Part shown: positions 49,290-58,601 of the stretch, in pieces
How positions within the stretch are numbered: position 1 is the first letter of the stretch
How the letters are laid out: every line of letters begins with the position of its first letter
From: Candidatus Woesearchaeota archaeon
Lineage (GTDB): Archaea; Nanobdellota; Nanobdellia; Woesearchaeales; SM23-78
Assembly (NCBI GenBank): GCA_016932315.1
Contig: JAFGDD010000008.1
Span: forward strand, 8,588 to 72,587
DNA length: 64,000 nucleotides
Direction of reading: 5' to 3'
Notes under the pieces: model-generated
What the model saw: the letters and a program-made list of their open reading frames with translations, nothing else
Told to the model about the DNA's origin: nothing
Databases searched by the model: none
Position numbers and translations under genes: made by a program

Positions 49290-49801
49290 TCCACGCTTCC
49301 CTGCAGGGTAATCCCGTTCAAGAGGTTGTTTATTAAATGCGTGTTGCTAAAATCGGAGATTTTCCGGGCGGTTAGCAAATGGATATTGTGCTTTAATTTT
49401 GATTCGTATTGCTTTAATTCCTTTGGAACACTGGTTTTCTCGCTGATGATTGCGATGTCCAAGTCACTGGTTTCTGTGTCGTAGCCTGATGAGAAAGAGC
49501 CGAATAAGATGATGATGGGCTTCAGGTAATAATTGTTCAGGAAGCTGATTAAGCCTGATTCTTTTATTGATTTTATATTATAATAAACCTTTAAGTCCCT
49601 GTATTCTTCTGATTCAATGTTTGCCTTGAAAAGTAAAAGATTCTTGAAATTTCTTTGCTTTAACAAGGATTTAGCAAAAGACTTTAACTTCTTGCTGGCA
49701 CTTGCAGGCGAGATATTTATTATTCTTGCTATTTCCCTTACATTGAATTCTTTCGTTGGGTTAATTAGGAAAGGCTTTAAAATGTTTAATTCATTAAACA
49801 T
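49256..49801 (-). CDS. HTH-MNT minimal nucleotidyltransferase
   Basis: LFGSFSSG...SDLDI; N-terminal HTH; palindrome TTAAACATATGTTTAA over the start codon. Confidence 0.85.
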   Translation of the reverse strand: MFNELNILKPFLINPTKEFNVREIARIINISPASASKKLKSFAKSLLKQRNFKNLLLFKANIESEEYRDLKVYYNIKSIKESGLISFLNNYYLKPIIILFGSFSSGYDTETSDLDIAIISEKTSVPKELKQYESKLKHNIHLLTARKISDFSNTHLINNLLNGITLQGSVEWTSMSALKKD

Positions 49802-49857
49802 ATGTTTAAAATAATGAACGAGAATATATAAATGTTACGGTAATCTGAATAAACAAT

Positions 49858-50046
49858 CTACAAACCCAGCAGCTTGAACACCAGGAAAGCAGGCCAGAAC
49901 AAAGCCTTGATTATTCCTAGCAACGCGTTCCAAAAAGACGTTGATGCTGAAATGTAATAAACAGCAGCGCCAATAAAGCCCATACCGTAAACAGCACTAC
50001 CAGAATGGCAATGAACACTCCCATAATTACTCTTCTTCTTAGGCAT
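49858..50046 (-). CDS. Small membrane protein
   Basis: YGMGFIGAAVYYI...FW...LGIIKALFWPAFLVF; GGAGGTGA RBS. Confidence 0.75.
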   Translation of the reverse strand: MPKKKSNYGSVHCHSGSAVYGMGFIGAAVYYISASTSFWNALLGIIKALFWPAFLVFKLLGL

Positions 50047-50157
50047 CAAAAATCACCTCCTGATTTTTGGGCCTTCAAAAAACAATGTTTTTTGATAGGC
50101 ATACGAATCACCTCAGAGAGGATACTGGGGATAAGAGTATAAAAAGGTTGCGGGACT

Positions 50158-50664
50158 TTATGCTTCCAGCATCATGCTAATCTTAGCTATGAACTTTGTT
50201 GCGTTATTGAATATCTCTTCCAGTCTTCGCTGAGTGTAAGTCTTTATGGCTGAGTACCTTGCTATGCGGCTTTCTTTTTTTGCATCCTCAAAGTACTTCA
50301 CGTATTCATCCTCAAATATTTTGTAAGCTTGGTTTAATAGTTCTAAATCCTGTTTTTCCATTTCATCCGGCACTAGAAGGTAACCCAGTGCTATTTGCGC
50401 TGCATCATGGTCCCTTGCTTCATAGCCTTTGCTCAGGATGGCTGCTTTGGCTGAATAAAGCATTGAGTAATATGATACTGTGATTGCCCAGTAATCCCAG
50501 AAGAGCTTTTTAGGCTCTTTCAGCCTGATATCTTTCAAATGCTTTGCTATTAATAAGCTGTTCTTGGCTTTTTCCATGAACAATTTTATCTTGAAGAACT
50601 GGCTTGATTTCTTGATTCTGCTGTCTTTTAAGAATTCTTTGAATGATTCCTTGTACTCTTCCAT
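50158..50664 (-). CDS. HEPN-domain protein
   Basis: SYYSMLYSAKA...H; RIARY; coupled to MNT gene. Confidence 0.8.
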   Translation of the reverse strand: MEEYKESFKEFLKDSRIKKSSQFFKIKLFMEKAKNSLLIAKHLKDIRLKEPKKLFWDYWAITVSYYSMLYSAKAAILSKGYEARDHDAAQIALGYLLVPDEMEKQDLELLNQAYKIFEDEYVKYFEDAKKESRIARYSAIKTYTQRRLEEIFNNATKFIAKISMMLEA

Positions 50665-51212
50665 GCAATCTCCCAAAAGGAAGAGGGGTTATTTAAAATG
50701 ATATGATTAATTTTCGCTTGTTTTCCGACGTTTTCGTCAGGCTTTCGGAGCATTGCCTTGAACTCAGACTCCTTTATGAAAATTGCATTGACTTTCTTTT
50801 TGTGCAATAATTCGAAAGAAGAAGATGAGAAAGACTTATTTCCTTTCTTGTTAATAACTAATAAATCAATATCGCTCTTGTCAGAAAATGAATTGTCAGC
50901 ATAGCTGCCGAACAATAAGATGATGTCATTTGATAATTCCTTTGAGAGCAAGGAGATTAATTTATTATGCTTAAGATAATCATTCTTTTCCTCAAAAGAA
51001 GAAACTGCAAGGTAAGACGAGATGATTGGATTGCCAGCTAATGAGATGATCTTAGCCTTGCCGACAGGCTTGATTATTAATAAATCCTTCATCCTGCTGA
51101 CAGTTCGGTAAAAAGTTGCATAAGGAATCTTAAGGATAGAACTAAGATTATGCATGGTAAAAGATTGATCGTTCTTACCCAGATAATTAATGATTCTTAA
51201 AATATTATCCAT
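50628..51212 (-). CDS. HTH-MNT minimal nucleotidyltransferase
   Basis: LFGSYA...SDIDLLVI. Confidence 0.85.
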   Translation of the reverse strand: MDNILRIINYLGKNDQSFTMHNLSSILKIPYATFYRTVSRMKDLLIIKPVGKAKIISLAGNPIISSYLAVSSFEEKNDYLKHNKLISLLSKELSNDIILLFGSYADNSFSDKSDIDLLVINKKGNKSFSSSSFELLHKKKVNAIFIKESEFKAMLRKPDENVGKQAKINHIILNNPSSFWEIAWKSTRNHSKNS

Positions 51213-51357
51213 AAACGAATAATATTAACCAGAAATGATATATAAAGGTTACGGAAAGAGGGATGCATGGGGCGAAAAGAACTCATTGCGCTTTTTCTGC
51301 AAAATCTACGCTTTTTTATAATAGCATTTTATTAAGAACTTAATAAAAAATAATTTC

Positions 51358-51528
51358 ATGGTCAATGAATTTACCACTGAAAAAAGCGCGGCACACTTAT
51401 ATTTTAAAAACAAAATAGATTTGTCTTTGTATCAACAACTCTTACAAAAAATTGCGGAAAGAAGGCATAAGAATGAAATTCTAAAAAAGAAAAATAGAAG
51501 AAGTATGTCATCGACAAAGTGGAACTGA
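51358..51528 (+). CDS. Possible small hypothetical protein (56 aa)
   Basis: MVNEFTTEKSAAHLYFKNKIDLSLYQQLL...; fills the gap downstream of a TATA-like motif; no family recognised. Confidence 0.25.
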   Translation: MVNEFTTEKSAAHLYFKNKIDLSLYQQLLQKIAERRHKNEILKKKNRRSMSSTKWN

Positions 51529-51529
51529 G

Positions 51530-53404
51530 CTAGGCTTCCATCCTACTTCTAAAAAATCTTTCAACATCTTTATCCATAAAGTATACGTAACAGCCTTTCA
51601 TTCCACGTGAAAGCAATACGCGATAGACGTTTTTTACATATTTGACAAATTCATCTTTAGATCGTTTAACTTGAGAATCTGCCGAGTTTTCGGGTCGACC
51701 AATCCATTCCTGTTTATCGAAATCATATCCTAAATCTTTACCAACTATCACACCAACATAATCAAATTCAAATCCTTGAATCGTATAAATGCTTCCTGCC
51801 TGATTAACGCCGTTTGGGTCGTAAGCCCAAAGTGCAGCACGAGGAACGCCAGAGGCTAAAAATCTCGCTTCATTCTTACCTTCCCAAGTAATCTTAAAAT
51901 CCCCAATTACAACATCTTCTTTAAGAGTTCCATCTGGGTTTGGATCGCTCCACGACCAGCAAAATCCGGCAACTAATCTTGCAGAATTAGGTTTTTCTTT
52001 ATTTTTACCCTTTATTGTTTCATAAAGTTCTTGTGGAGAGCTAAATATTTTGAATTCAAAAGATTCTTTCTCATTCCATAATATGTTAGCAGTCTTTTTT
52101 ATCCCTAAAGTATTATTAATCCAATTAACAAACGCATCTGAACCTTGACATCTAAATTGCGCTTCCAGCTCGTATTCAAATATATTGCATGCATGCAGTT
52201 GAGCATATTCTTTTATATATGCTGTTGACCCCATCTCATCAGGTCGAACGTTTTGATCATCATCTATAAAAAAAACGCATACTTTGGCGACCTTTAAAAG
52301 CTCCTCTATTTGTGTTCCCCTTGACCTTTGGAGTGCAGGTGTAAATCTGCTGTTGCTAGTTTTTCTTATTCTGTGAGATTCATCAGAAATTAAAACATCG
52401 ATTTCATTTGGTTGAGCCTCGCGATAGCTGTTAAAATATTTAAACTGAATCGAACCACGAACCCCAATTATTTTTCTTAAAGTCTCTGTAAAAGCCTTTG
52501 ATCCTGTAGCATAATGCGCGTTATAACTTTTGAGTAAAAGGTCAGCCATTAAATTTATTGCAATAACTGATTTTCCCGTACCAGGCCCCCCTTTTACGAT
52601 TATAACGGCTTTCTGCTTATCATGAAAACCTTTTTTTGCGCAACTAAGAACTTTGTCATAAACAATTAACTGTTCATCCAATAAGATGTACTCTGATTTT
52701 CCTTTAATAATGCTTCCCACATGATCCATTAATTTTTTACTGGGTCGAAACTTGCTATTCTCTATTTTTGAAAGGATTTCCAAACCTTGTCCTTTATCTA
52801 GTTTGTGAAGTAAAAAATCTTTTAACTTTTCCACGTCATCCGCCGTAAATAAAGGAAATTTTTCAATTAATTTCTGGAATTTCTCTGAAAATATTACGTC
52901 GCTTTCATCAAAATGATAATTGTGTAAATATGTGCATGAATCCAGTTTAATATTATCTCCTTCACTATTGAATGCAGTATGTGAATCTTCTAAATACATT
53001 TGATACTGCCCTACTTGAGCAGAAGGATGCAGAACTTCTCTTTTACCTCCTCCTACCCAGGTTAAAACTTCATTTTCTCCGCTAGCATCTTCACACTTAT
53101 CCCATTGCTTAAGTTCAATAATGATTGCGTGCTCATTACCAGCCTCATCTTTGCCTGAAATCATACAGTCAAGCCTTTTAGAAGTTAAAGGCAACTGATA
53201 TTCTAAAATTATCCCATGATCCATTAAATTAGCGTATTGAAAAACTTGTGATATGGCACGCAATGAATTTCTCCAAGAAGTTATTTCTGCTGGGGAAGGA
53301 TTGAATCTGAAGTAGTTAAAAAAAGCAATTTTTAATTTTTCACTGATTTGGTTTTGTACAGTATCCTGAATGAATTGTTGAGATGAACCAGAATAAAGTC
53401 TCAT
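51530..53404 (-). CDS. DUF2075 (Schlafen group 3-like) ATPase/helicase with N-terminal nuclease-like domain
   Basis: RLDCMI...IIELKQW, GGPGTGKS, DESHR, QFRC, IYTIQGFEFDYVGV, YRVLLSRG. Confidence 0.88.
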   Translation of the reverse strand: MRLYSGSSQQFIQDTVQNQISEKLKIAFFNYFRFNPSPAEITSWRNSLRAISQVFQYANLMDHGIILEYQLPLTSKRLDCMISGKDEAGNEHAIIIELKQWDKCEDASGENEVLTWVGGGKREVLHPSAQVGQYQMYLEDSHTAFNSEGDNIKLDSCTYLHNYHFDESDVIFSEKFQKLIEKFPLFTADDVEKLKDFLLHKLDKGQGLEILSKIENSKFRPSKKLMDHVGSIIKGKSEYILLDEQLIVYDKVLSCAKKGFHDKQKAVIIVKGGPGTGKSVIAINLMADLLLKSYNAHYATGSKAFTETLRKIIGVRGSIQFKYFNSYREAQPNEIDVLISDESHRIRKTSNSRFTPALQRSRGTQIEELLKVAKVCVFFIDDDQNVRPDEMGSTAYIKEYAQLHACNIFEYELEAQFRCQGSDAFVNWINNTLGIKKTANILWNEKESFEFKIFSSPQELYETIKGKNKEKPNSARLVAGFCWSWSDPNPDGTLKEDVVIGDFKITWEGKNEARFLASGVPRAALWAYDPNGVNQAGSIYTIQGFEFDYVGVIVGKDLGYDFDKQEWIGRPENSADSQVKRSKDEFVKYVKNVYRVLLSRGMKGCYVYFMDKDVERFFRSRMEA

Positions 53405-53406
53405 TT

Positions 53407-53772
53407 TTATAATTCCGTATATTTTTTATTTAATCCCTTTATTTTTTCAACAGGGTATCTCTTTTCGTTTTTATCCATTTTTTTATTTAGTGCTGTTGTC
53501 AAATCAATATCGTATTTTTGTGATAGTCTTAAAAGAAAATAAAGAACGTCAGCCATTTCTTCAGATATTTCGCTTCTTTTTTCAGAATTACTAAATAACT
53601 CTTCCATTTGCGTACTAGTTTTAAATCTAAAATGGTCAAGAAGTTCTCCAGCTTCAGTTATTACGCCAATTGCCAATTCTTTAGCATCATGATATTGATC
53701 CCAGTCCCTGACTTCACAGAATATTCTTATTTTATCTTTGAGTTCCTGAATATTTGTTTTGGAATCCATCAT
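53407..53772 (-). CDS. MazG-like nucleotide pyrophosphohydrolase
   Basis: RDWDQYH, EAGELL, EEMADV, KRYP. Confidence 0.9.
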   Translation of the reverse strand: MMDSKTNIQELKDKIRIFCEVRDWDQYHDAKELAIGVITEAGELLDHFRFKTSTQMEELFSNSEKRSEISEEMADVLYFLLRLSQKYDIDLTTALNKKMDKNEKRYPVEKIKGLNKKYTEL

Positions 53773-54026
53773 GAATGAGTGCTTTAAAAGAATATAAAAA
53801 CTTTCCTCTTTTTTCGGAATTCTTCCGCTTCCCCCTCTTCTCGTTAGAATTCGTGTTTGGAAGCGCCCAGATTTAATTTTCTTCTCGTTTTCTGAATAAG
53901 AATATCAATAATTGCCATTATTTCATCTCTATAAGTGCTAGACCGGTGATTTCGTTTAACATATTGATAGAATTAGTTTATAAGCTTCACGCGAGGATGT
54001 CCAGTGTGCACGGAATTCTTTCGGAA

Positions 54027-54056
54027 AATAAGCACTAGCACTGGACATGTTGACGT
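54027..54056 (+). repeat. 30-bp direct repeat AATAAGCACTAGCACTGGACATGTTGACGT (second copy 55321-55350)
   Basis: Exact match; each copy lies about 100 bp upstream of an antitoxin gene. Confidence 0.85.
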
Positions 54057-54156
54057 AGGATATTTAAATCGATATTCTTATCTTCCTCTCGGCATGTTAC
54101 CGAAACATTTAAATATTTGCACTGATTACACAGTTTTAGATGCAGAGGTAAATTTC

Positions 54157-54396
54157 ATGCCAACAATAACCTTGTCAGTGCCAGAGGATTTGAAAAAGGA
54201 AATGGACGAGTTAGAGTTCATCAACTGGTCTGCTGTTGCGAGAGAGGCTATCAAGGAAAAAGTATCTGAGCTCAGCTTGTTCAAGTCAATTGTTTCCAAG
54301 AGCAAGCTTAAAGAAAAAGACGCCTCAAAAATAGCAGACAGGATATCAGCTTCTATGCACAAGAAGTACAAGGAAAAGTTTCCTGGGCTGAAATAA
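54157..54396 (+). CDS. Ribbon-helix-helix antitoxin
   Basis: MPTITLSVPEDLK...INWSAVAREAI; GAGGT RBS. Confidence 0.82.
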   Translation: MPTITLSVPEDLKKEMDELEFINWSAVAREAIKEKVSELSLFKSIVSKSKLKEKDASKIADRISASMHKKYKEKFPGLK

Positions 54397-54831
54397 ATGA
54401 GAATAGTAGTGGATGCTAATGTACTCTGCGCAGCATTGCTTGCCAAGGGCAAGACTGCAGAACTCTTGTTCTCAGATCAGATAGAGCCCATTGCTCCTGA
54501 ATTATTGTTCACAGAACTTGAAAGGAACAGGGAAGAGCTTCTTGAAAAAACTAAGTTATCTGAAAATGATTTTAACATTCTCATAGCACTTTTCAGGAAA
54601 AGAATAAGAATAATCCCTGCAATAGAGTTCGCAGATAAGCTGATAGAAGCCAACCAGCTCTTAAAAAATCATAAAAAAGATACTGAGTTCGTCGCATTAG
54701 CTCTAAAACTTCATTGCCCATTATGGTCTAAGGAAAAAAGGCTCAAAAAGATTAATGGAATCCTTGTTCTGGATGCAAATGATATTACCGGAAGATTCTT
54801 TCCCGCTTCAAGCAAGGATGGTACAATCTAA
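54397..54831 (+). CDS. PIN-domain toxin
   Basis: VVDANV, KDTEFVALA, LWSKE. Confidence 0.85.
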   Translation: MRIVVDANVLCAALLAKGKTAELLFSDQIEPIAPELLFTELERNREELLEKTKLSENDFNILIALFRKRIRIIPAIEFADKLIEANQLLKNHKKDTEFVALALKLHCPLWSKEKRLKKINGILVLDANDITGRFFPASSKDGTI

Positions 54832-55151
54832 CCAACTCTTTTCTCGAACTCCTTCCGGGAAATATGCTTGCTTTTAATTATATTATCAAGCTTTTTCTTG
54901 TAATCAGGTCTCAGCTTCTTGGCTAGTTCAGGGTTCCAGATGTATGCTATGCTGCCTTTCTTGTCCAGGGCTACCTTGTTTATGCTTTCAAGGTAATCCA
55001 ATGCCACAAGGTAAGTTTGCCACATCACTTTTTTCGGCAGGTTCTTCCATAGCTTTGTCCGGTCGTATTCCCCGCTGTGCTTCTCTATTGCTTTCTCTAT
55101 CATGAGCACTGTGCTAAGAGTCGGAGACCTTTCATAAGGGCTTTTTCGCAT
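54828..55151 (-). CDS. Hypothetical winged-helix-like protein
   Basis: SPTLSTVLMIE, LPKKVMWQT, YIWNP; palindrome ATATATCAATTGATATAT at 55161-55178. Confidence 0.7.
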   Translation of the reverse strand: MRKSPYERSPTLSTVLMIEKAIEKHSGEYDRTKLWKNLPKKVMWQTYLVALDYLESINKVALDKKGSIAYIWNPELAKKLRPDYKKKLDNIIKSKHISRKEFEKRVG

Positions 55152-55225
55152 AAACAAGGTATATATCAATTGATATATAAAGCTTTCGTTCCTGAACTGA
55201 ACCATGAAAATACTCTTTGAACTGC

Positions 55226-55249
55226 TCATTTATATAATGCTACTAAGAA
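55226..55249 (+). repeat. 24-bp direct repeat TCATTTATATAATGCTACTAAGAA (second copy 57043-57066)
   Basis: Exact match, extending to 29 bp with one mismatch; brackets the AbrB-MazF and Bro-N genes. Confidence 0.8.
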
Positions 55250-55459
55250 TTTTCGTGAATCCGATGTCATAATCGTAATCCTTTCAATATGCCCAGTATT
55301 TCTTTCAATTTATCGTCAATAATAAGCACTAGCACTGGACATGTTGACGTCAGGCATATAAACATTCCCTGTTAAGCATCTTCAATCAAAACATTTATAT
55401 ACCTTTCCTTACTTTTCTTACAAGTAAGAAAGGTGATATTCATGGGGTTGTTAATCGGT

Positions 55460-55714
55460 ATGAGAACAGCAACAATAACAGACAAGGGGCAGATAGCCAT
55501 TCCAAAAGACATGAGAGAGATTAATGGCTTTGAAGAAGGCGACAAAGTGGCGATAATAACCTATAATGACCATATAGAGCTCAGGCCGTTAGATCAAGTC
55601 AGAAAAAAGCTTGACTTCACAAAGGAAGGAATCCAAACCGCAGTTTTAAGCGAAAAATCTTTAGCAAAGATTTGGCTTACAAAAGAAGAGGATGAAGCAT
55701 GGAAAAACCTTTGA
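55460..55714 (+). CDS. AbrB/MazE antitoxin
   Basis: ITDKGQIAIPKDMR; C-terminal W..EEDEAWKNL. Confidence 0.88.
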   Translation: MRTATITDKGQIAIPKDMREINGFEEGDKVAIITYNDHIELRPLDQVRKKLDFTKEGIQTAVLSEKSLAKIWLTKEEDEAWKNL

Positions 55715-56031
55715 AGGGCGAAGTGATTGTAATTCATTTCCCGTTTACTAATATGAGCGCATCCAAAAGAAGACCTGCTTTGGTGCTTGCTGATATACGA
55801 GGCGATGATGTAATCACTTGCCCAATCTCAAGCCAATCGAGAGGAGCGGATTACGCGATCTCTTTGGAAGATTCTGATTTTTCAAAAGGAAAATTGCCGC
55901 TTGCGAGCTTCATAAGGCCTAATGTGTTATTCACAGCCGATAAATCGCTGATTGAAAAGAAGGTAGGCGTATTAAAAAATAAGAAGACTGATGAAGTCAT
56001 TGAAGAAATCTGCAGGATGCTTAGGAAATAG
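55699..56031 (+). CDS. PemK/MazF toxin
   Basis: GEVIVIHFPF...KRRPALV, CPISS. Confidence 0.9.
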   Translation: MEKPLKGEVIVIHFPFTNMSASKRRPALVLADIRGDDVITCPISSQSRGADYAISLEDSDFSKGKLPLASFIRPNVLFTADKSLIEKKVGVLKNKKTDEVIEEICRMLRK

Positions 56032-56176
56032 TTAAGAAATTCAGCTTAACCAGGCGATATACGTAATTCTTTCGTTCTCCACTGGACAACAAAAGCTGCT
56101 GCTTTTGAGCCCATTGGCTTCGCCACTGGACAACCGCTCGTAAGGTTTATAAGCTTGTATTCTCTTCTATAATATC

Positions 56177-57025
56177 ATGACAGAAAACGTTAATCATGAC
56201 AAAGCACTGGTTGTTTTCCAGGACAAAAAAATCAGAAGAGTTTGGCATAACAACGAATGGTTTTTCTCTGTTGTGGACGTTGTTCAGGCTTTGACAGAGA
56301 GTGCTGATGCTAAAGATTATTGGTACAGGCTCAAACAAAGAGAGGCAGAATCAAGCGGAATCGAGTTATCGACATTTTGTCGACAACTGAAATTACTAGC
56401 TTCTGATGGCAAACGTTATGAAACAGACTGCGCTAACACAAAGAGCATCTTCAGGATTATTCAGTCAATCCCATCACCCAAGGCTGAGCCTTTCAAATTA
56501 TGGCTTGCCAAAGTAGGCTATGAGCGTGTGCAGGAAATACAAGACCCTGAATTAGCTCAGAAGCGTATGAAAGAGCTTTACCGGGCAAAAGGATACTCTG
56601 ATGAATGGATTGAGAAGAGAGTCAGGGGTATCGCTATAAGGCAGGAGCTGACTGATGAGTGGAAGAACAGAGGCGTTGATGAGAATGTTGAGTTCGCGAT
56701 ATTAACCAATGATATTAGCAAGGCTACTTTTGGCAAGACTGTTGAGGAGTTCAAGCAATTCAAAGGTTTAAACAAGCAGAACTTAAGGGATCATATGAAT
56801 GATTTAGAATTAATATTTACTATGCTTGGTGAGAAAGTTACTTCAGAAATTACTCAAGCAAAAGACTCGCAAGGATTCAGGCAATGCCAGGATTCAGCAA
56901 AAAGAGGAGGAAGGGTTGCTGGAAAAGCTAGGAAAGAAGCTGAGAAAGAGATAGGCAAACCCATAACCGCGAAAGAAAACTTTCTTTCTGAGCCTGAAAA
57001 AGCCAAGAGAAAGAAGCTAAGGTGA
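56177..57025 (+). CDS. Bro-N domain protein
   Basis: IRRVW..EWFFSVVDV, RIIQSIPSPKAEPFKLWLA, NLRDHM. Confidence 0.88.
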   Translation: MTENVNHDKALVVFQDKKIRRVWHNNEWFFSVVDVVQALTESADAKDYWYRLKQREAESSGIELSTFCRQLKLLASDGKRYETDCANTKSIFRIIQSIPSPKAEPFKLWLAKVGYERVQEIQDPELAQKRMKELYRAKGYSDEWIEKRVRGIAIRQELTDEWKNRGVDENVEFAILTNDISKATFGKTVEEFKQFKGLNKQNLRDHMNDLELIFTMLGEKVTSEITQAKDSQGFRQCQDSAKRGGRVAGKARKEAEKEIGKPITAKENFLSEPEKAKRKKLR

Positions 57026-57095
57026 AAACTTTATTATATTAATCATTTATATAATGCTACTAAGAACTTTCATAGCCTTTCCGGGAAATTAAGAA

Positions 57096-57815
57096 TTAGT
57101 TCATATATCCATTATCTTTCAAGAATTTGAATGCCAATTTTCTTAATTCTTTGAGCTCATAGAGTGTGTGCGCGTCGCTATTAACATAAATCTGGTCTGA
57201 ATGGTCAAGCATTAATTTTATCGCATCAATGGTTTTCTTCTTAACATCTTCCTCTCTTCTCTTAGTATTCGAGCTTATGAACAAGTACTTAGCATTCAGC
57301 TCCAAAGGTATATTGTACTTGTTAGCCAGCTCAACAATTCGGACAATATCAAGGTCTACTCCGTCAAGAATAGAAATATAAAGATGCCCTATAATGTTAA
57401 TCTTGTCATGATGCTTCTCAATAGCATTGATGAAAGCCTGGGTAAGCTTGCTCATATCGCCAGTGTAAACTCTTTTATGGTATGAAAGAATAACAAAGTC
57501 AGACTTCTTGTTATCAATCTCATCGCAAATATCCCCTGCTTCATTCAACAAGTCAGCTTCTACGCCAAAAACCACTTCCACCTTGTTATGAACATTCTGC
57601 CACCTGTTATCACTGACAATAGTCCTGAAAGTCTTGGGAGGAAGACCTTCTGCCTTCATAGCTGCCTGGGAATGGTCTGCAAACACCAGCTTCTTCATCC
57701 CAAGCTTGCCTGCAAATATTACCATCTCATCAATTGTGTTAAAGCCGTCTGAAAATATCAGTGAGTGAACATGATAATCCTCTTTCTCAGTGTTAAGTAT
57801 CTTTATCTTCTTCAC
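57096..57815 (-). CDS. PHP-domain phosphatase (HisJ/YcdX-like)
   Basis: DYHVHS, ADH, GVE, GH, NSDAH; GTG start. Confidence 0.85.
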   Translation of the reverse strand: MKKIKILNTEKEDYHVHSLIFSDGFNTIDEMVIFAGKLGMKKLVFADHSQAAMKAEGLPPKTFRTIVSDNRWQNVHNKVEVVFGVEADLLNEAGDICDEIDNKKSDFVILSYHKRVYTGDMSKLTQAFINAIEKHHDKINIIGHLYISILDGVDLDIVRIVELANKYNIPLELNAKYLFISSNTKRREEDVKKKTIDAIKLMLDHSDQIYVNSDAHTLYELKELRKLAFKFLKDNGYMN

Positions 57816-58502
57816 CTAAAACCCTCTCTCTTCCCTCTTAGCCTTTCTTCTCAAGTCCTCAAGCCACTTGTAAACTGTGGAGTGCATGCTGCCCTTAATC
57901 AACAGCTCAACAGCTCTTTTAGCATTAGAAACAGGGCCTGCTTCGCCAATAATGCCTATAGTCTTGCCATAAACGCAAATCTGGCTGCCAGTTAATTCCT
58001 CGATCACCCTGCGAGCCTTGCCACCAGTTCCTATCACCCTTGCTCTTACTCTTCTGAGTTTGTTAGGATTATCCAAGCCATAATCCTTAAGATTGATAAT
58101 CTCGAGCATGTAATCAGGCTTCATTAAGAGCTGGGCAGTCTCAGGGCTGAAACCCCTGCTGATAGCCTGGATTACTTCCTTAAGCTCAAAAAGCTTGATA
58201 GCATCCTTGCCAAAAATAATAACGTCGCCCTCTGTGGAGTCAACATGAATCTTGGCATGAGCCCATTCCTCCAAATCCTTCTTGTCCTTGCCCTTAACGC
58301 CGATAAGCACAGCAATCCTGTCCTTAGGAATCTTGATAGTATAAGAATATTCACTGCTGTTACTGATAACAACGCTTTCCTTGCTTATCCTGGGCTTGAC
58401 AGAAGAGCTCATGTCATCATCTTCTAATCCGTCATGAGACTCAAAACTATCCTGCTCAGCCAATTCTCCCTCCTGCTTCTTCCTAGCCTTCTTAACAGCC
58501 AT
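57816..58502 (-). CDS. Dim2/PNO1-like KH-domain pre-rRNA processing protein
   Basis: RIAVLIG, AISRGF, ARVIGTGGKAR, H.TVY; near rio1. Confidence 0.9.
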   Translation of the reverse strand: MAVKKARKKQEGELAEQDSFESHDGLEDDDMSSSVKPRISKESVVISNSSEYSYTIKIPKDRIAVLIGVKGKDKKDLEEWAHAKIHVDSTEGDVIIFGKDAIKLFELKEVIQAISRGFSPETAQLLMKPDYMLEIINLKDYGLDNPNKLRRVRARVIGTGGKARRVIEELTGSQICVYGKTIGIIGEAGPVSNAKRAVELLIKGSMHSTVYKWLEDLRRKAKREERGF

Positions 58503-58601
58503 AATGCTCCGGAGAAAAAGAGTTTTTATAAATGTTTGGTAAATTTAATCACGCTATCATTTTCAATAAATTTATTAACTAAAGCTTTAAAAAATGAAAT
58601 T

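Noticed and set aside
53800..53965. Possible gene remnant upstream of MazG
   Set aside because: Only 14- and 24-codon minus-strand frames with no identifiable family.
53997..57066. A true integron
   Set aside because: No integrase in the window, and the hairpins lack clear RYYYAAC/GTTRRRY ends; kept only as an analogy.
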